A stretch of 64,000 nt of DNA. Source: an uncultured Rhodocyclaceae bacterium (lineage in GTDB: Bacteria > Pseudomonadota > Gammaproteobacteria > Burkholderiales > Rhodocyclaceae). Each line of letters begins with the position of its first letter. Position 1 is the first letter of the stretch. Below are positions 27,713-35,924 of this stretch, piece after piece. The position numbers and the translations under genes are program-made. The stretch is taken from positions 30,434 through 94,433 of the forward strand of contig CALKIH010000030.1 in assembly GCA_937995335.1 (NCBI GenBank), in the 5' to 3' direction. The notes beneath the pieces were generated by a model, which worked only from the letters and a program-made list of their open reading frames with translations, had not been told where the DNA came from and did not search any database.

Positions 27713-29638
27713 TCAGTCCTGCACGGCGGTTGACCGGATCAGGATGGCGCGCAGTTTGGCGGGGCGAATCGGCCGGCGCAGGACCGGTACCGGCGTGCCG
27801 TGTGCGCCGCGCACGGCGTCCGGCGGGGCGTCATCTCCGAGCAGGGCCGCCGGCAGGATGGCGCCGAAATGGGTCCTGAGCGTGCGAATCGTGTCATTGC
27901 CATCGATGCCGATGGCCGGCGAGTGTTCGCAAAGCATGAGCCGTGGGGGATGACCGTTGAGCGCGATGGCCGCCATCACTTCGGCGACGTTCGCACCGCT
28001 GCTGACCTGGCAGCCCCACGACCGCAGCAGCGTGCCCAGTTTTGCCCGGGTCGGTGCGTCGTTTTCGATCACCGCGACGTGTATGCCCTGCAGGTCGCCG
28101 GGCGGGCGCTCGGCAAACGTGGCCGCCGCCTGGCCGTCGGGGGCCGCGCTCCGGGCTTCGAGCGCGAATACCGCGCCTTCGCCCGGTCGGGAGCGCAGTG
28201 ATACGGGATGGTCGAGCATCTTGCCCAGGCGCTCGACGATCGCCAGGCCGAGCCCCAAGCCCTTGTCGCGTGCGCGCTCGGGATTGTTCAGCTGGACGAA
28301 CTCCCCGAATATGGCCGTGTGCGAATCTGCGGCGATGCCGATACCGTTGTCGCGTACCTCGATCCGCCAGCGCTCGCCACGACGCCGGCATGCAATCAGC
28401 ACGCGCCCGCCCGGGGCGTAGCGGACGGCATTGCCGACCAGGTTGGCAACCACGCGCTCGAGCAGAATCGGGTCGCTTTCCACCCAGGCCCCGGTGGTGC
28501 GGATGACGAGGCGCACGTCGTGCTCGGATGCGGCGCGCAGTATCGATGCCGCCACGCGTTCAAACACGCCCTGAAGCTCGACCGGCTGGATGCGCGGCTG
28601 CAACGCGCCGGCATCCAGCCGCGAGATGTCGAGCAGGCTGTCCAGGAGCGCCTCCATTGCGGCGGCGGATGCGCAGATCTGTTCCACCAGGTGGGCCGAG
28701 AGCGGGGGCAGGCGATGCTCCGCGAGCGATGCGATGAAGAGGCTGAGTGCGTGCATGGGTTGGCGCAGATCGTGGCTGGCTGCAGCCAGAAAGCGGGTTT
28801 TGGCCAGATTGGCAAGCTCGGCTTCATCCTTGCGCGCGCGCAGTTCAGCGGTGGCGTCGATGATTCGCTGGCTCATCGCATCATGCGAGTCGGCGAGCTC
28901 GACGGCCATCCGATTGACCCCTTCCGCCAGCGACCGCAGGCTGCCGCCGCCCAGCGTCGGTACACGCTCGGCGAAGTGGCCCTGACCGATTCGCTCGACC
29001 GTTCGGGCGACTTCGCGGATCGGGCCGCTCACGCCGCGACTCATCTTGAAAGCCAGCGCGAGCGCGCCGACCAGCGCGAACAAGACGGCCAGCGCCCCGT
29101 TGCGCTGTAGTTCGGCGCGTTGCGAGCGGACCGGTTCCTGCGAAAGATCGATGATGACGTTGCCGAGCACTTCGAGCCCGGCCGGGCGGCCCTGGCCGTC
29201 CATTGCAATCCGGGTCAAGGGGTCGTCGAGGGCGATGCTTCCGGGAACGATCGGTTCGACGATGCGTCGGATCGCATCATGCTCGAGCAACATCGGCTTC
29301 ATCGCGACGGCGTCGGGCAGCGCGAGCGTGTTTTGGTTCCGCGCGCTGCGTGCAAGTACGTCGCCAAGATGGTCGACGACGGCGATGGCCAGGACGCCTT
29401 CCTCCGCGAGCGTGGCCGTTGCCACTCGCTGCAAGGCATCGCGGTTGCCCGAGAACACCGCATATTCGCTTGCCGCCGCTACCTGGCGAGCCAGCGCCTG
29501 CGCGCGCGCCGTGTGTGCTTCCTCGATGTCGGCGAATTGCGCGGTCGTGTAGTAGGCGGTCAGGAGAATCGCGATCACCAGCATTGGCAGCACCGCTGCG
29601 ATGACCACGCGCGCCTGTACGCCCAATCCGTTCTTCAT
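27713..29638 (-). CDS. Membrane hybrid sensor histidine kinase (periplasmic domain, HAMP, HisKA, HATPase, degenerate C-terminal receiver)
   Basis: 641 aa with two TM segments. H-box FLAAASHDLRQPMHAL. The receiver-like C-terminus lacks the consensus Asp/Thr/Lys (see findings). Confidence 0.88.
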   Translation of the reverse strand: MKNGLGVQARVVIAAVLPMLVIAILLTAYYTTAQFADIEEAHTARAQALARQVAAASEYAVFSGNRDALQRVATATLAEEGVLAIAVVDHLGDVLARSARNQNTLALPDAVAMKPMLLEHDAIRRIVEPIVPGSIALDDPLTRIAMDGQGRPAGLEVLGNVIIDLSQEPVRSQRAELQRNGALAVLFALVGALALAFKMSRGVSGPIREVARTVERIGQGHFAERVPTLGGGSLRSLAEGVNRMAVELADSHDAMSQRIIDATAELRARKDEAELANLAKTRFLAAASHDLRQPMHALSLFIASLAEHRLPPLSAHLVEQICASAAAMEALLDSLLDISRLDAGALQPRIQPVELQGVFERVAASILRAASEHDVRLVIRTTGAWVESDPILLERVVANLVGNAVRYAPGGRVLIACRRRGERWRIEVRDNGIGIAADSHTAIFGEFVQLNNPERARDKGLGLGLAIVERLGKMLDHPVSLRSRPGEGAVFALEARSAAPDGQAAATFAERPPGDLQGIHVAVIENDAPTRAKLGTLLRSWGCQVSSGANVAEVMAAIALNGHPPRLMLCEHSPAIGIDGNDTIRTLRTHFGAILPAALLGDDAPPDAVRGAHGTPVPVLRRPIRPAKLRAILIRSTAVQD

Positions 29639-29739
29639 GGACTTAGATCCTGTTCCAGCGAGGTCGAACCGGTGTTTGCGCGCGACTCGCCGTATTTTCC
29701 CGGTTTCGGCGGGCGATTGCGAGCATCGGGGGGCGACGG

Positions 29740-29768
29740 TTCGACCGGGGTAATGCCTATGGTATAGT
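29740..29768 (+). promoter_or_regulatory. Candidate sigma70 promoter of the LuxR-type regulator (TTCGAC-17-TATAGT)
   Basis: -35 at 29740-29745, -10 at 29763-29768. The -35 lies inside the right arm of a 10-bp inverted repeat. Confidence 0.45.
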
Positions 29769-29865
29769 CGGGAATGTTAACGCTGCGGCATTGTCATCGA
29801 CTGTCCGGGCGCCGACGGTCGCGTGTGCGCACAGCGTGCCGGCCGATCATCGAGTGGAGGATTGC

Positions 29866-30495
29866 TTGACCAGGATTTTGATTGTCGAGGACCATGCGCT
29901 GGTGCGCGAGGCCATGGCCCATACCCTGGCGCGGCTCGCGCCGGGTGTGGAGTGTGTCGGCGTCAGCGGCGCGGACCAGGCGTTGGTCTTGCTCGAGGCG
30001 GGGGCGGACTGGGATCTTGCCGTCGTCGATCTCATGTTGCCCGACGTCAATGGGTTTTCGCTGCTGGAAGTCCTGGCCGGGCGCTACCCGGATTTGCCGG
30101 CGCTGGTGGTTTCGGCGCTCGATGATTCGGTGTCGGTGCGCCGCGCGATGAAGGCCGGCGCATCGGGATTCGTGTCCAAGAGCAGCTCGAGCGAAGAGTT
30201 GTGCCGGGCCGTGCGCATCGTTCTCGACGGCGGCGTGTGCTCACCCGAACGGGTCGTACTTTCGCCGTCACCGCGCACCGACCCGTCCTTGGGTGAGCGA
30301 TTCGGCCTTACGGCTGGACAGTTGCGCGTGCTCGAGCTGCTGGGTCAAGGCAAGACCAACCGGCAGATCGCCGATCTGCTGGGGCTTTCGGAGGGTACGG
30401 TCAAGGTCCATGTATCGGCAATCTTTCGCGCGCTCAACGTAAAGAACCGTGCCCAGGCCGTATTGGTGATCTCACGCCACGGTGGACGCATCTGA
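29866..30495 (+). CDS. NarL/FixJ (LuxR-type HTH) family response regulator
   Basis: ORF 29791..30495 trimmed to TTG 29866 (MTRILIVEDH...), with GGAGG 5 nt upstream. Canonical receiver (VVDLMLPD, VVSA, SKS) and a C-terminal GerE-type HTH (LTAGQLRVLELLGQGKTNRQIADLLGLSEGTVKVH). Confidence 0.9.
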   Translation: MTRILIVEDHALVREAMAHTLARLAPGVECVGVSGADQALVLLEAGADWDLAVVDLMLPDVNGFSLLEVLAGRYPDLPALVVSALDDSVSVRRAMKAGASGFVSKSSSSEELCRAVRIVLDGGVCSPERVVLSPSPRTDPSLGERFGLTAGQLRVLELLGQGKTNRQIADLLGLSEGTVKVHVSAIFRALNVKNRAQAVLVISRHGGRI

Positions 30496-30520
30496 TGCGC
30501 GTGCGGCTTCCCTGCCGCGC

Positions 30521-31237
30521 TCAGGATCCGCGGCGGCTGCCGTGGCCAAGGCGCAGCGGCCGCTCCGCAGCGGGCAGGCGCCCGCCGTCGATCGCGCCGG
30601 TTTCTTCCGCGAATCCCGGCAACGGCTCCACGCTGTCGATCTCGAGCAGTTCCAGCGTTTGCCGGGCCAGGGCCCTGCAGGCATTCGCCAGCGGTGTAGG
30701 CAGTTGCTCGGGCACGATCTTGTGCAACAGCAGCTTGCTTGCCGACAAGGCGTTCACCGGGTTGAGAATGCGGTGCCGATAAGGCCGCATCATCTCGGTG
30801 ACGGTGCGGTCGGCGGCCTCGCGCTGCCATGCGTTCGTCGGCCATTGGGTGGGAACGGCATAGGCGCGCGGGAACAGTTCGAGATCCTGCAGCACCGTGC
30901 GGATGTCCTCGTGCGATTCGCGGAACGGCAGCAGCACGATGTCCGATAACGCGTAGAGTTTGCGATCCATCTCGGTGCGGTTGCCGCCGCCGTCGATGAC
31001 GCCGATCCAGTTGTCCAGCGAGCGCAGCTTGTCGACAACCTTGGTAAGGGCTTCGCGGGTGCGTGCGTCGGCGGTGATGTACCGGCGTCCTTCCGGCTGC
31101 AGCGGGTGGCGCGACACGTCGGTCAGAACGCATGCGGAACGATGGCCAAGCAGTCCCAGTCCCTGGCTGAGCATGTGCGACAGGGTTGTCTTGCCCGTGC
31201 CTCCCTTGTTGCCTATGACGCAGATAATTTCAGCCAT
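30521..31237 (-). CDS. Orphan ParA/MinD-family P-loop ATPase
   Basis: 238 aa. Deviant Walker A GNKGGTGKTT at the N-terminus and a Walker B-like WIGVIDGGG. No parB-like partner nearby. Confidence 0.75.
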   Translation of the reverse strand: MAEIICVIGNKGGTGKTTLSHMLSQGLGLLGHRSACVLTDVSRHPLQPEGRRYITADARTREALTKVVDKLRSLDNWIGVIDGGGNRTEMDRKLYALSDIVLLPFRESHEDIRTVLQDLELFPRAYAVPTQWPTNAWQREAADRTVTEMMRPYRHRILNPVNALSASKLLLHKIVPEQLPTPLANACRALARQTLELLEIDSVEPLPGFAEETGAIDGGRLPAAERPLRLGHGSRRGS

Positions 31238-31331
31238 GCCGATGCACCCCTCGAAACCAGACTTTCAGGATTTGTCGCATTATCGGCCGCGCTGGCGAAT
31301 TCCTCAGGCGGAAAACGCCCTTTTTGCCCCA

Positions 31332-32159
31332 TCAATTCGGATGTTTTGCGTGCGTTCCGGTACCCGGACGATAGACGTACAGCGTGCCGGCCCGGCCACC
31401 GTCGCCCCGGATGGATTCGTCGGGCATCGCGCCTGGAATCTCGAAGCTGTTGCTGATCAGGAGTGCGCCCGGCTTGAGCTCCCGCTGCGCCTTCGCCCAT
31501 ACCGCGGCCATCGGTACCGGTGAAAGGAACGCGTACACGATGTCGTATCCGGCCCACGAGGGTTCGAAAAAATCACCCCGCTCGATGTGCAGATTGGGGA
31601 TGCCGCGTGCCATGAGCCGGCTCACCAGATAGGGGCCGGGCGCGGTCTCGATGCCGGTGAAACGGCTGCCGGGGCGGTGGCGGGCCAGTGCGATCAGCAC
31701 CGAGCCGGTCCCGCTCCCGATGTCCAGGAAGCGGATATCGCGGTTGGCTGGCAGGCGCTCGAGCAAGGCCGCGATCGTCGCGGAATTGCTGAGGTAGAGC
31801 GGCACCTGTGTGCGGAAGCTGGTCCAGAACACCACCGCGAGCAGGATGAAGGCGACCAGGTACCAGTGAGCTGGAATGCCCAGGCGGTCGGCGGTGACCA
31901 GGAGCGGCGAGAACACCAGATGAATCGGCAGCCACCACCAGGCGCTGCGCAACGAGGTGGCGACGGCCATCGCGCCCAGTGCCTGGGCAGCGATCACCCA
32001 GTGCATCTCGGGGGGGAGCCAGCCCGTGCGAGTCGATAGCACGGCGATCAGCCAGCCGGCGATTTGAGCGATCAGGGCTTTGAGGGCAGGCGGCATGGCG
32101 TGCGAGGTCGTGGGCGAGCGGCGATGATAACCGCTCACCCGGTATCGACGAGGCGTCAA
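31332..32159 (-). CDS. Membrane-anchored class I SAM-dependent methyltransferase
   Basis: N-terminal ~110 aa carry 3-4 hydrophobic segments, followed by SAM motif I FLDIGSGTGSV. The start is uncertain: TTG 32159 overlaps the upstream stop as TTGA, or ATG 32096 with no clear SD. Confidence 0.7.
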   Translation of the reverse strand: MTPRRYRVSGYHRRSPTTSHAMPPALKALIAQIAGWLIAVLSTRTGWLPPEMHWVIAAQALGAMAVATSLRSAWWWLPIHLVFSPLLVTADRLGIPAHWYLVAFILLAVVFWTSFRTQVPLYLSNSATIAALLERLPANRDIRFLDIGSGTGSVLIALARHRPGSRFTGIETAPGPYLVSRLMARGIPNLHIERGDFFEPSWAGYDIVYAFLSPVPMAAVWAKAQRELKPGALLISNSFEIPGAMPDESIRGDGGRAGTLYVYRPGTGTHAKHPN

Positions 32160-35100
32160 GCCGCCTTTTCGGCGCGTGTGGTCGATGCCTCCGGCGCTTG
32201 GTCTTCGTCCCGCCAGCGCTCGAGCAAACGCGCGCGTTCCGCCTCGAATGCCGCGACGTTCTTCAGCTTTACGTGACCGAAGCCCCGGATTCGTTCGGGC
32301 AGTGCGGCGATCGCGATCGCCTGCGGCAGGCGCAGGAACGACAGCCGCTCGAGCAGCAGCTCGACGTCGGCTTCATAGGTCTGGATCAGCGCGCGTTCGA
32401 TGCGACGCTCGGCGGTCCGGCCGAACGGGTCCCAGCGGGTACCACGTAAGAACTTCAGCCTGGCCAGCCAGCGAAAGACGGTCATCATGGACGGACCATA
32501 GTCTTTTTTGGCGATTCTTCCGGTGACGGGGTCGGGGTGCGCCATCAATGGCGGAGCCAGATGAAAGCGCAGCGTATAGTCGCCGCCGAAAGTTGCGGCG
32601 ATCTTCGCCCGGAAGGCCGGATCGGTGTAGAGGCGTGCGACCTCGTACTCGTCCTTGTAGGCGAGCAGCTTGAAGTAGTTGCGCGCGACAGCCTCACTCA
32701 GTCGGGTGGAGCGCGGGTCGCCGGTGACGCGCAGTTCGGCCTCGCGGACCTTTTCGACCTTGGCGCGGTAGCGCGACCCAAGGCGCGCATCCTGGTAGGC
32801 GGTGAGATACCCGACCCGGGTCGCGATCAATTCGTCCAGCGAGGCCGGCCTGATCGGAATGGGTGCGGCCGGCCGGGCGAGGCGCTCGACGCGCTCGGGG
32901 GCATGCGCTGCGCGCCGGCCCCAAAGAAAAGCCTTGCGGTTCATCTCCACCGCGGCGCCGTTCAGTTCGATCGCATCCATCAGGGCCTGGTGCGATACCG
33001 GCACCAGGCCTTTTTGCCAGGCGAACCCGAGCAGGATCAGGTTCGCGGCAATCGCGTCGCCCATCAGCACCAGCGCGAGGCGGCGTGCATCGATCAGTTC
33101 GAGGCCCGGGCCGCCGTCGTGTTCGCCGACCGCGTCGACGAGCGCCGTCTGCATCTTTTCGAGCGGAAACTGCCAGTCGGGCCGGTGGGCGAAGTCGGCG
33201 GTCGGCGTCTCGGCCGGATCGACGACGGCCCGGGTGCGCCCGGGGGCCATCTTGGCAAGTGCTTCGACGCTCGCGCTGACGATGATGTCCCCGCCGATGA
33301 CCGTGTCGGCCTCACCCGCGGCGATGCGAACGGCGTGCAGGTCGTCGGGGTGGTCGGCGATGCGGATGTGGCTGAAGACCGAGCCACCCTTCTGCGCCAG
33401 ACCGGTCATGTCGAGCACCGTGACGCCCTTGCCGTCCAGGTGCGCAGCCATGCCGATCAGCGCGCCGATGGTCACGACGCCTGTGCCGCCCACGCCGGTG
33501 ACCATGATGCCGAACGGCTGGCGGGTAGTCGGTATCGCGGGTTCGGGCAAGTCGGGAAACGCTAGCCCCGCATCGTCGAGCGCCTGGCCCTTGCGCACAT
33601 GGCCGCCTTCTATGGTGACGAAGCTGGGGCAAAAGCCATTGAGACAGGAATAGTCCTTGTTGCACGAGGATTGATCGATCTGGCGTTTGCGGCCGAACTC
33701 GGTCTCGATCGGCATGATCGACATGCAGTTGCTGGTCTCGCCGCAATCGCCGCAGCCTTCGCACACCGCTTCGTTGATGAATACCCGTCTGGCCGGGTCC
33801 GGATAGAGCTCGCGCTTGCGCCGGCGCCGCTTTTCCGCGGCACAGGTCTGGTCGTAGATGAGCGCCGTCACGCCCGGCGATGCGCGCAGGTCGTGTTGCA
33901 CCGCGTCCAACTCGTCGCGATGGCGAATCGGAATGTGGGGAACGTCCGCCGGTCCGTAGGCGCGTTCGGTGCCGTCGGTGACGATCACGATGTTGCCGAC
34001 GCCCTCGGCCTGCAGTTGTCGCACGACCTTGGGGACACTGAGCTCGCCGTCATGCGGTTGGCCGCCGGTCATCGCGACCGCGTCGTTGTACAGGATCTTG
34101 TAGGTGATGTTGACGCGCGCGGCGATGGCCTGCCGGATCGCGAGCAGTCCGGAGTGGAAGTAGGTGCCGTCGCCCAGATTGGCAAAAATGTGCGTTTCGT
34201 TGGTGAACGGGGCCTGACCCACCCACGGCACGCCTTCGCCGCCCATTTGGGTGAAGGTGGTCGTGCGCCGCTCCGGCATCCATGTCGCCATGTAATGGCA
34301 GCCGATACCCGCCATCGCGCGGCTACCCTCGGGGACGTGGGTCGAGCTGTTGTGCGGGCAGCCGGAACAGAATGTCGGGATGCGGTCGATCGCGAACGGA
34401 CGCTGTGCCAGGGCCGCTTCCTTGTCTTCCAGAAAACCCAGGCGGCGCTTGATCGTCGGTGAGGTGAAGAAACGTCCGATGCGTGCCGCGATGACGCGCG
34501 CGATCATCGCCGGGGTGAGCTCGCCGGCGGCCGGCAACAGCCATTGGCCATGGTCGACGGTGCCGTCGGCGGCCTCGATGCGCGCCCACTCACCCTTTTC
34601 GTCGAATTTCCCGACTACCCGCGGGCGGACGTCTTCGCGCCAGTTGTAGAGTTCTTCCTTGAGCTGATACTCGAGTAGCTGGCGCTTTTCCTCGACCACG
34701 AGGATTTCGTCGAGTCCTTGCGCGAAATGCCGGACACCGTCCGATTCGAGCGGCCATACCATCCCCACCTTGAACAGGCGGATGCCGATCTCGGCTGCGA
34801 GCGGCTCATCTATTCCGAGGTCGTCGAAAGCCTGGCGTACGTCGAGATAGGATTTGCCCGCGGTGATGATGCCCAGGCGCGGCGCGGGCGAGTCGATGAC
34901 GATGCGGTTGAGGCGATTGGCCCGGCAGTATGCGAGTGCGGCATAGAGCTTGAAGTGGAGGAGACGCCGTTCCTGGACGAGTGGCGGGTCGGGCCAGCGG
35001 ATGTTGAGGCCGTCGGCGGGGAGTGCGAAATCGGTTGGCGTGACGATCTCGACACGGTGCGGGTCGACATCCACCGAGGCCGAGGTTTCGACCGTGTCGG

Positions 35101-35737
35101 CCAGCGCCTTGAAGGCCACCCAGCAGCCCGAGTAACGCGACAGGGCATAGCCATGTACGCCCAAGTCGATGTACTCCTGGACCCCGGCCGGTGCCAGCAC
35201 CGGCATCATCATCGATTTGAAGAAGTGGTCCGTCTGGTGCGGCAGGGTGGACGACTTTGCCGCATGATCGTCTCCCGCCACCACCACCACGCCGCCGAAG
35301 CGCGCGCTTCCCGCCGCATTGGCATGGCGAAAGACGTCGCCGCAACGGTCCACGCCGGGCCCTTTGCCGTACCACAATGCGAACACGCCGTCGTAGCGTG
35401 CATGGGGCGAAAGATTGACCTGCTGCGAGCCCCATACCGCCGTTGCGCCGAGGTCTTCATTGACGCCGGGCTGAAAAACGATCCGTCGCGCTTCGAGGTG
35501 TTTGCGGGCCTTCCACAAGGTCTGGTCGAGGCCGCCGAGCGGCGAGCCGCGATAACCGGAAACGAAGCCGGCGGTGTTGAGACCCGCGGCGCGATCGCGC
35601 GCCGCCTGGATCAGGAGAAGGCGCACCAGTGCCTGGTAGCCGGTCATGAAAACGCGGCCGGAAGCGCTGTACTTGTCGTCGAGGCTGGTGACGATGCCGC
35701 GCTGGGTCGGTGTCGGGCTGAGATCGGCTGCGGACAT
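32156..35737 (-). CDS. Indolepyruvate:ferredoxin oxidoreductase family protein (fused alpha/beta, 2-oxoacid:ferredoxin oxidoreductase)
   Basis: ORF 32156..35869 trimmed to ATG 35737 (MSAADLSPTP...), with AAGGAG 6 nt upstream. ~1193 aa. Cys cluster CEGCGDCGETSNC. The length and architecture are typical of the fused IOR family. Confidence 0.88.
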   Translation of the reverse strand: MSAADLSPTPTQRGIVTSLDDKYSASGRVFMTGYQALVRLLLIQAARDRAAGLNTAGFVSGYRGSPLGGLDQTLWKARKHLEARRIVFQPGVNEDLGATAVWGSQQVNLSPHARYDGVFALWYGKGPGVDRCGDVFRHANAAGSARFGGVVVVAGDDHAAKSSTLPHQTDHFFKSMMMPVLAPAGVQEYIDLGVHGYALSRYSGCWVAFKALADTVETSASVDVDPHRVEIVTPTDFALPADGLNIRWPDPPLVQERRLLHFKLYAALAYCRANRLNRIVIDSPAPRLGIITAGKSYLDVRQAFDDLGIDEPLAAEIGIRLFKVGMVWPLESDGVRHFAQGLDEILVVEEKRQLLEYQLKEELYNWREDVRPRVVGKFDEKGEWARIEAADGTVDHGQWLLPAAGELTPAMIARVIAARIGRFFTSPTIKRRLGFLEDKEAALAQRPFAIDRIPTFCSGCPHNSSTHVPEGSRAMAGIGCHYMATWMPERRTTTFTQMGGEGVPWVGQAPFTNETHIFANLGDGTYFHSGLLAIRQAIAARVNITYKILYNDAVAMTGGQPHDGELSVPKVVRQLQAEGVGNIVIVTDGTERAYGPADVPHIPIRHRDELDAVQHDLRASPGVTALIYDQTCAAEKRRRRKRELYPDPARRVFINEAVCEGCGDCGETSNCMSIMPIETEFGRKRQIDQSSCNKDYSCLNGFCPSFVTIEGGHVRKGQALDDAGLAFPDLPEPAIPTTRQPFGIMVTGVGGTGVVTIGALIGMAAHLDGKGVTVLDMTGLAQKGGSVFSHIRIADHPDDLHAVRIAAGEADTVIGGDIIVSASVEALAKMAPGRTRAVVDPAETPTADFAHRPDWQFPLEKMQTALVDAVGEHDGGPGLELIDARRLALVLMGDAIAANLILLGFAWQKGLVPVSHQALMDAIELNGAAVEMNRKAFLWGRRAAHAPERVERLARPAAPIPIRPASLDELIATRVGYLTAYQDARLGSRYRAKVEKVREAELRVTGDPRSTRLSEAVARNYFKLLAYKDEYEVARLYTDPAFRAKIAATFGGDYTLRFHLAPPLMAHPDPVTGRIAKKDYGPSMMTVFRWLARLKFLRGTRWDPFGRTAERRIERALIQTYEADVELLLERLSFLRLPQAIAIAALPERIRGFGHVKLKNVAAFEAERARLLERWRDEDQAPEASTTRAEKAA

Positions 35738-35924
35738 GAGCATCTCCTTGCGTTGATACAATCCGGTGCGATGTGCCGAGCGCCTGCGTGCTCGGGGTCG
35801 TGTCAGTTCAGGGGGCGTGGACGCGTTACCAAGCTGTACAGGCATGCCGCCCGACGTGTCCCTGCCCATGTCTCGCCATCATGAATGCATGGAGGCCGGA
35901 AGCATGGCCGAGTTCCCTCCGGTC

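Noticed and set aside
35752-35762. GTTGATACAAT next to the IOR ribosome-binding site, and CGATACA at 37389-37395, considered as further copies of the shared element.
   Set aside because: Only a 7-9-nt core matches, which is expected by chance in 64 kb. The second block is absent, and at 35752 the orientation and position relative to the gene differ.
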